DNA from: Macrostomum lignano
Taxonomy: Eukaryota
Direction: 5' to 3'
DNA: 64,000 nt
Assembly (NCBI GenBank): GCA_002269645.1
Contig: NIVC01001573.1
Location: 62,001 to 126,000 of the forward strand
Shown here one piece after another: positions 55,851 to 64,000 of this stretch. The first letter of the stretch is position 1, and each line of letters opens with the position of its first letter. The notes below the pieces were generated by a model. The model was not told where the DNA came from and did not search any database. It saw nothing but the letters and a program-made list of their open reading frames with translations. The position numbers and the translations under genes are program-made.

Positions 55851-56616
55851 AACCCCACCTCGATCTCTTATCTCAGTTCGTCTCTTTTGGGTAACGCATT
55901 AAGAAGCGCCTTGTCTCCATTCTGATTTCAATCGATCCTCATTTTCCCAGATTCTGGGGATCAGCATTTTAAAAAAGCAGAGCTACCTCAGCTGCCCCAG
56001 CTGCCGTTTCTTGCTGCTTTTGTTGTCCTGCCGTGCTCTGAGCATTTCCGCTCTGCCGGGGGTTGGGGGTTCTCAAAACTTCCTCAAGCTAGTCTTATCC
56101 CTAACCCTAAGTCAGCCTAATAAGCTGCCCCAGTCCAGACAGCCTGAAGACTTCGGTCGGTTTGCGCGTGGACAAAGGATATATTTTTTACAAGGGGAAG
56201 CCAGCAAGGAAGAGGGGGGAGAGACGAGAAAGAAGATCTTTAGAAGTTTCATGTCGGCACTCAGCAAGCCATGCTGCTTGAGCTGTCCGGGTTTTGAGCA
56301 GCCTTTGAGATATTGGCGTCATTTTTATATGCAGTACCTGCACACATGGACTTGACTGGGTAGCCTTTGTTGGCTGCATCTCCGGGGAGCGGACACCTCC
56401 GCCTGCGCGAGGCTTGTCAACGGGAAACCCCTTCTTGGCGTCCGGTTCTGGTGCGGAGCCCGCGAGCGGTGATTTTTTTAGGCACGCGGATGCCAGCCCT
56501 GCCTTGCAGGCTCCGCGCCTCGCGAAATGTTGATTCTTATTCACAGAAAATACCCGCAACTGTGGATGCCCTTTAACAGAGCGTGGTTATCTAAGCAGTA
56601 TAATATTAAACACTTT

Positions 56617-57400
56617 TACCCTCTCTGATCTTCTCTTAGCCTCTATGATCCTGTCTTACCCTCTATGATCCTGTCTTACCCTCTATGATCCTGTCTTACC
56701 CTCTATGATCTTCTCTTACCCTCTATGATCCTGTCTTACCCTCTATGATCTTCTCTTACCCTCTATGATCCTGTCTTACCCTCTATGATCCTGTCTTACC
56801 CTCTATGATCCTGTCTTACCCTCTATGATCTTCTCTTACCCTCTATGATCCTGTCTTACCCTCTATGATCCTGTCTTACCCTCTGTGATCCCCTCTCTCA
56901 CCCTATTTGATCCTCTCTTGCCCTCTATAATCCTCTCTTCGCCTCTCGGATACTCTCTTACCCTCTATGATCCTATCTTACCCTCTCTGATCCTCTCTTA
57001 CCCTCTCTAATCCTTTTCTGCCCTCCCTGATCCTCTCTTACCCTCTCTAATCCTCTCCTACCCTCACTGATTCTCTCCTACCTTCTCTGATCCTCTCTTA
57101 CCCTCTATGATCCTCTCTTACCCTCCCTGATCCTCTCCTACCCTCTCAAATTCTCTCTTACTCTCCTTGATTCTATCCTATCCTCTCTAATATTATCCTG
57201 CCTCTATGATCCTCTCCTACCCTCTCTGATCCTCTCCTACCTTCTCTGATCCTCTCCTACCTTCTCTGATCCTCTCCTACCTTCTCTGATCCTCTCCTAC
57301 CACCTTCTCTGATCCTCTCCTACCCTCTCTGATCCTCTCCTACCCTCTCTGATCCTCTCCTACCCTCTCTGATCCTGTCCTACTTTCTCTGATCCTGTCC
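56617..57400. repeat. 20-bp minisatellite (TTACCCTCTATGATCCTGTC)
   Basis: Homogeneous left part and diverged right part. Confidence 0.92.
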
Positions 57401-57865
57401 ATGCCACTGTGGATACTGTTAAAGTCTGTCCTAATCACAAACATATTTCCATCTCCCTTTCATTTTTCCTGTTGAGCAATGAATTTGAAATTTCCCTACT
57501 GCAGCAACGAATCCCACTAGAAATCACTATCGCTGGTTTTCTGCCCTTGAGTTCAAAATTTTAAGACGAAGGTCCGTTGATTAAATTTTAGCCTTTAGCA
57601 GAGGCTTTTCGAATGACTTTGAGCCTTGTCGGCTGTGGAGGCAGCTGGAGAGGAGAGATCAGAGAGAGATGATGGAGCTGGGGAGCTGCTGTGGAGGGGA
57701 TCAGAGAGCAACAAGTTTCACCAGGGGATGCCCGCAAAGACAGACGGCCTTCACTGACTTGTGCGGCCTCTAATCCGAGCTCTAGAGACAAGGTGGGCCC
57801 AGCCTCCGCCCCGGCTTCGCTAATCCCCATCTAGCTCGTGCTGCATCCCACTGCCCGTGTCTATC

Positions 57866-59230
57866 CTCACTCATGAACTCACTCAAGAACTCACTCATGA
57901 ACTCACTCATGAACTCACACATGAACTCACTCACTCATGAACTCACACATGAACTCACACATGAACTCACACATGAACTCACACATGAACTCATGAACTC
58001 ACTCATGAACTCATGAACTCACTCACTCTTAAACTCACACATGAACTCACACATGAACTCACACATGAACTCACTCAAGAACTCACTCAAGAACTCACTC
58101 ATGAACTCATGAACTCACTCATGAACTCATGAACTCACTCATCAACTCACTCACTCTTGAACTCACACATGAACTCACACATGAACTCACACATGAACTC
58201 ACTCAAGAACTCACTCAAGAACTCACTCATGAACTCATGAACTCACACATGAACTCACACATGAACTCATGAACTCACTCATGAACTCTTGAACTCACAC
58301 ATGAACTCACACATGAACTCACACATAAACTCACTCAAGAACTCACTCAAGAACTCACTCATGAACTCATGAACTCACTCATGAACTCATGAACTCACTC
58401 ATGAACTCATGAACTCTTGAACTCACACATGAACTCACACATGAACTCACACATGAACTCACTCAAGAACTCACTCATGAACTCATGAACTCACTCATGA
58501 ACTCTTGAACTCACACATGAACTCACACATGAACTCACACATGAACTCATGAACTCACTCATGAACTCTTGAACTCACACATGAACTCACACATGAACTC
58601 ACACATAAACTCACTCAAGAACTCACTCAAGAACTCACTCATGAACTCATGAACTCACTCATGAACTCATGAACTCACTCATGAACTCATGAACTCTTGA
58701 ACTCACACATGAACTCACACATGAACTCACACATGAACTCACTCAAGAACTCACTCATGAACTCATGAACTCACTCATGAACTCTTGAACTCACACATGA
58801 ACTCACACATGAACTCACACATGAACTCACACATGAACTCACTCAAGAACTCACTCAAGAACTCACTCATGAACTCATGAACTCACTCATGAACTCATGA
58901 ACTCACTCATGAACTCTTGAACTCACACATGAACTCACACATGAACTCACTCAAGAACTCACTCAAGAACTCACTCATGAACTCATGAACTCACTCATGA
59001 ACTCATGAACTCACTCATGAACTCATGAACTCACTCATGAACTCACACATGAACTCACTCATGAACTCACTCATGAACTCACACATGAACTCACTCATGA
59101 ACTCACACATGAACTCACTCACTCATGAACTCACTCATGAATTCACTCATGATCTCACTCACGGACTCACTCATGACTCACTTATGAAATTACTCATTAT
59201 CTCACTCATGAACTCACTCATGAAATCACT
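57866..59230. repeat. Composite 12/8-bp repeat (CATGAACTCACT, CATGAACTCACA, CATGAACT)
   Basis: Tandem units. A 280-bp internal duplication is marked by ACACATAAAC at 58321 and 58601. Confidence 0.95.
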
Positions 59231-60034
59231 CATAAAACCACTCTTAAACTTTCTTGTTAACTCACTAACACTCTCTGAGTCTACATAAAACGTATTCAGA
59301 GAAGATCCAAACCAACGAACTCTAATAATAGAAAGCCAGCTAAAAGCAGGTGAACCAAATGCGGTGCAAATTCGTCATAGAATAAAAATCTGAAACTTCA
59401 AGCACTGCAACACGCCGCACCATTCAGAGCAGAGCTGCTCAAATGAACCCGCCATAGATAGTGTGGGAAAGACACAGGCCCGAGGCACAAGATAAGATGA
59501 GCAATCTTTAGCCATAAAGCTCGAGAGTGAGGAGGCGGCCTTACATCTTGTCTAAGCCGGCAACTGTTCTCTTCTTCATCATTCTGAGCACTCTCTTTGC
59601 CTCTCTGTCTGTTGAGCCTTGTTGTTTTGCGAGTATTCAGGGGGAAGCTGCTGTCTACAGTTCGAGAGCTGCTCCGACAGAAGCAGACAGTCTCATTGTC
59701 CTCCCTGCCAACAGCGAAATGGCGCTGCAGGGTAGCTCTGTGCCCGGCCGGGCAGATCGGTCCGTGAGTCATGGAGAGTCTCAGTGGGTCTCTATTAAAA
59801 TTATCTGCCCTGTAGCAATCTACCTATCTGTCCTAATGCTCTCAAAGTGCAATTTAACCACGTGTTTTATAGGGCGGGAGTTGTTGAGGTGGTTTTACAG
59901 CTTGCTTTTGTATCAATGTTGAGCAGTTCGAAATGCAAAAAAATGTTTGGGGTGGGTTTTAGTTGTAGAATTTGTAGCAGATGAAGAGTTTTAAAAATGC
60001 TGCTTGTCCTTCTAGTGAGCCTGAAGCATTTTTA

Positions 60035-60285
60035 GACTGGGTTTTTTACCTGTTGGAGTGGGTTTTTACCTGTTGGACTGCGTTTTTACCTGTTGGAGTG
60101 GGTTTTTACCTGTTGGAGTGGGTTTTTAACTGTTGGACTGCGTTTTTACCTGTTGGACTGGGTTTTTTACCTGATGGAGTGGGTTTTTACCTGTTGGACT
60201 GGATTTTTACCTGTTGGACTGGGTTTTTACCTGTTGGACAGGGTTTTAACTGTTACACAGAGTTTTACCTGTTAGACAGGGTTGC
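60035..60285. repeat. 20-bp minisatellite (GGTTTTTACCTGTTGGAGTG)
   Basis: About 12 units. Confidence 0.9.
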
Positions 60286-60396
60286 AACGCGTTGAATTAG
60301 AACAAGGTTGTAGTGCTTCATTAACAAGAAACGCACGTTAATTACGAATTTAACAATATAATTGCATCCTTGAACTGCTTCGCCTGTCAATTCCAG

Positions 60397-60454
60397 CGCA
60401 CCTACAGGCCCTGGCACTGGCGAGGATGCAGCAGAGCGTGCCGAATCCTGCGGG
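60397..60454 (+). CDS. Candidate third coding exon of the RBM24-like gene (AHLQALALARMQQSVPNPAG)
   Basis: TTCCAG acceptor and GG|GTGAGT donor. Phase-1 start is compatible with exon 2, and it is open in that frame. No homology support. Confidence 0.4.
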
Positions 60455-60600
60455 GTGAGTGAGGGGCCGCTACGCTGGGTGCAGATTCCAGCAGTCCCAG
60501 CTGTACTCATCTCTGTGCTTGAGACCAACTCTACATGTGTACTCACCACATCAGGACTAATCCTCCTCTGACCTGATCCTCCGTCACTTCGAACTAATTT

Positions 60601-61160
60601 TATACCCTCCCTGACCCTCTCCTACCCTCCCTGACCCTCTCCCACCCTCCCTGACCCACTCCTACCCTCCCCGACCCTCTCCTACCCTCCCTGACCCTCT
60701 CCTACCCTCCCTGACCCTCTCCCACCCTCCCTGACCCACTCCTACCCTCCCCGACCCTCTCCTACCCTCCCTGACCCTCTCCTACCCTCCCTGACCCTCT
60801 CCTACCCTCCCTGACCCTCTCCTACCCTCCCTGATGCAATATGCAACCAAATCAGTTCTGAAAACCGATTCTTAGGTTAACAACTCTCTCCTACCCTCCC
60901 TGACCCTCTATTACCCTCCCTGAGCCTCTATTACCCTCCCTGACCCTCGATCATACCCTCCCTGACCCTTGATCATACCCTCCCTGACCCTCGATCATAC
61001 CCTCCCTGACCCTCGATAATACACTCATTGACCCTCTCCTACCCTTCCTGATTCTCTCCTACTCTCCTACCCTCCTTGACCCTCTCCTACCCTCCCTGAC
61101 CCTCTCCTACCCTCCCTGATCTTCTCCTACCCCTCTGATCCTCCCCTACTGTCTCTGATT
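60601..61160. repeat. 20-bp C-rich minisatellite (ACCCTCCCTGACCCTCTCCT)
   Basis: Tandem units with variants. Confidence 0.88.
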
Positions 61161-61639
61161 TACTCTACCTTTCTACGCCAGCAACTTGTTATGTTTACAA
61201 AATGACAAATAATTATTCAATCACAGTCGAAGCCGATAGCAGATAATTGCTGGCCAATGCCACCAATACCATCACAAGCTGTAAGCTCGTTAAAAAAAGC
61301 ATTGAAGTGCGTGCAGTGCGTTCGTAGCTGATGAAATTTGTCAGCCCACTTTTTAAACATCGAAACGTGAAAGGACAATTGATTAAATTCCACTCTTTTG
61401 CGCTTGCAGTTTAGTCCTGTTTGAAGTACAGAGTGTCGCCTAATTCTTAAGCGTTATCATTTTTACTTTATAAATTCACTCCTTGTCGGTGCCGGGTTGC
61501 ACTTAGCATGGCGCAGTTTAACATGGGGTCACAGGGTGAATGACGGATATTGGCGGCCTGTATTTTATTTCCGAGTCTAATTGGAGATCTGCAATTAGTG
61601 TAGAGAGATGGAGCTGAAGATGGAGGGGAGACTGAGGAA

Positions 61640-62345
61640 GAGGAGGAAGACAAGGAGAAGATTAAGATAGGGAGAGAGGGGAGAGTTTAGAGAGAGGAGA
61701 GAAGGGAAAGAGGGTAGAGAGGGGGAAGAGTGTAGAGAGACTGAGAGGGGTAGAGAGGGAGAGAGAGAGGGGATGAGAGGCGGAGAGAGGCTAGAGAGGG
61801 AGAGAGAGGGGATGAGAGGCTAGAGAGGGGGAGAGAGGGGAAGAGAGGGGGAGAGAGGGTAGAGAGGGGGAGAGAGGGGAAGAGAGCGGGAGAGAGGGTA
61901 GAGAGGGGGAGAGAGGGTAGAGCGGGGGAGAGAGGGTAGAGCGGGGAGAGAGGGTAGAGCGGGGGAGAGAAGGGTAGAGCGGGGGAGAGAAGGGTAGAGA
62001 GGGGGAGAGAGGGTAGAGAGGGGCGAGAGAGGGTAGAGAGGGGCGAGAGGGTAGAGAGGGGAGAGAGGTTAGAGCGGGGGAGAGAGGGTAGAGCGGGGGA
62101 GAGAAGGGTAGAGAGGGAGAGAGAGGGTAGAGAGGGGCGAGAGGGTAGAGAGGGGCGAGAGGGTAGAGAGGGGGAGAGAGGGTAGAGCGGGGAGAGAAGG
62201 GTAGAGAGGGGGAGAGAGGGTAGAGAGGGGGCGAGAGGGTAGAGAGGGGCGAGAGGGTAGAGAGGGGGAGAGAGGGTAGAGCGGGGGAGAGAGGGTAGAG
62301 CGGGGGAGAGAAGGGTAGAGAGGGGGAGAGAGGGTAGAGAGGTGG
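61640..62345. repeat. GA-rich low-complexity repeat (GAGAGGGTAGAG)
   Basis: Polypurine tract. Confidence 0.88.
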
Positions 62346-62811
62346 CGAGTGGGAATGAGTATGGGGCAGATTAAGAAAACATGAATCAAGGAAGGGTGGT
62401 TCGAGTCAGCGGCGGGCCCCTTTTTCTGTGTGATTCTGTTTTGCTGTTGCTGTTCACACCATGGCAGAGGCAGGAAGCTCTCATTTTGTGAACCCGAGGG
62501 ACCCGGACTCCAGTGCGAACTTCCTCAGCATTTTTGTGCCGTGCGGGTGTCCTGTCATTACATGTACTTTTCCAACTGTTACTGTGTCCCAAACCATCGC
62601 TTCAATAGTAATTATAAGTGTGCGCGTGTTTGTGTTGCCGTGAAAATATTTTGCTGTAGTCACGTGACTTTCCTTCACTATTGAACCTCAGCGGTGGTCT
62701 TGGGTGTAGCGAGACTTGCTCTGAAATTCTGGTCCCGACGATGAGAGGAGGGCATAAAGGGTGAGAGAAAAGATGAAAGTGAGATGAAGGACAGAGCCTG
62801 AAATGACGGAC

Positions 62812-63705
62812 AAAAGCTGAGATGAGGGACAGAAGCTGAGATGAGGGACAGAGCCTGAGATGAGGGACAGAAGCTGAGATGAGGGACAGAAGCTGAGATG
62901 AGGGACAGAAGCTGAGATGAGGGGCAGAGCCTGAGATGAAGGACAGAAGCTGAGATGAGGGACAGAGCCTGAGATGAAGGACAGAAGCTGAGATGAGGGA
63001 CAGAGCCTGAGATGAAGGACAGAAGCTGAGATGAGGGACAGAGCCAGAGATAAGGGACAGAAGCTGAGATGAGGGGCAGAGCCTGAGATGAAGGACAGAA
63101 GCTGAGATGAGGGACAGAAGCTGAGATGAGGGACAGAAGCTGAGATGAGGGGCAGAGCCTGAGATGAAGGACAGAAGCTGAGATGAGGGACAGAGCCTGA
63201 GATGAAGGACAGAAGCTGAGATGAGGGACAGAAGCTGAGATGAGGGACAGAAGCTGAGATGAGGGACAGAAGCTGAGATGAAGGACAGAAGCTGAGATGA
63301 GGGGCAGAGCCTGAGATGAAGGACAGAAGCTGAGATCAGGGACAGAGCCTGAGATGAAGGACAGAAGCTGAGATGAGGGACAGAGCCTGAGATGAAGGAC
63401 AGAAGCTGAGATGAGGGACAGAAGCTGAGATGAGGGACAGAAGCTGAGATGAGGGACAGAAGCTGAGATGAAGGACAGAAGCTGAGATGAGGGGCAGAGC
63501 CTGAGATGAAGGACAGAAGCTGAGATCAGGGACAGAGCCTGAGATGAAGGACAGAAGCTGAGATGAGGGACAGAGCCAGAGATAAGGGACAGAAGCTGAG
63601 ATGAGGGGCAGAGCCTGAGATGAAGGACAGAAGCTGAGATGAGGGACAGAAGCTGAGATGAGGGACAGAAGCTGAGATGAAGAACAGAAGCTGAGATGAA
63701 GGAAA
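62812..63705. repeat. 19-bp minisatellite (GAAGCTGAGATGAGGGACA)
   Basis: About 47 units. Confidence 0.95.
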
Positions 63706-63748
63706 GAGATGAGATGTCTAGAGTTCCTGAACTCAGACTAGCAAAGTT

Positions 63749-63975
63749 TTAAGACTGTGGAATCTGCAGCCGCTTCCCAATGTAGCGGAGATTAAGGATT
63801 TGATGGAGATCGAGGGGCAGCTGGCCTGTGCTGAAGAGTTTTTGGTTGAACCGCTTTCTAGACAGACAGACAGACAGGCAGACAGGAGGAATGGACCCAG
63901 GATCGGGGCTGAAGATCTTGCAGAACTGATGACTCATGTTGGTTCCCCCGCCGAACATGCCACTTCCATACCAGG
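63749..63975 (-). CDS. Possible terminal coding exon(s) of an unidentified minus-strand gene entering from the right edge
   Basis: Complex, protein-like text (WYGSGMFGGGTNMSHQFCKIFSPDPG and KRFNQKLFSTGQLPLDLHQILNLRYIGKRLQIPQS*). A (CTGT)n-CTAG acceptor lies at 63858. Family not recognised. Confidence 0.3.
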
Positions 63976-64000
63976 CTGGTCAGTCTTACAGTCATATATT

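Overview
Animal genomic DNA with GT-AG spliceosomal introns. Gene content and the extreme load of intronic tandem repeats suggest a flatworm such as Macrostomum (inference, not verified). Five genes were reconstructed by hand with frame-consistent splice junctions: (1) C8orf82/UPF0598-like, + strand, 2 exons; (2) a MetX-fold, fungal Cys2-type serine O-succinyl/acetyltransferase with a mitochondrial-type presequence, + strand, 4 coding exons, pointing to de novo cysteine synthesis in an animal; (3) neuroendocrine convertase PC1/3 (PCSK1)-like, - strand, about 12 exons; (4) LARP1 with La motif, PAM2 and DM15, + strand, 9 coding exons; (5) RBM24/38-like RRM gene, + strand, 3' end uncertain. A possible 3' end of a sixth gene lies on the - strand at the right edge. 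Roughly 40% of the window is about 29 unrelated mini/microsatellite or low-complexity arrays, often a different array in each long intron. Mobile elements: one tRNA-derived CORE-SINE, five copies of a second tRNA-derived SINE family, and several MITE/foldback elements. There is no CRISPR array, rRNA or intact tRNA, and most long ORFs in the track are repeat artefacts.
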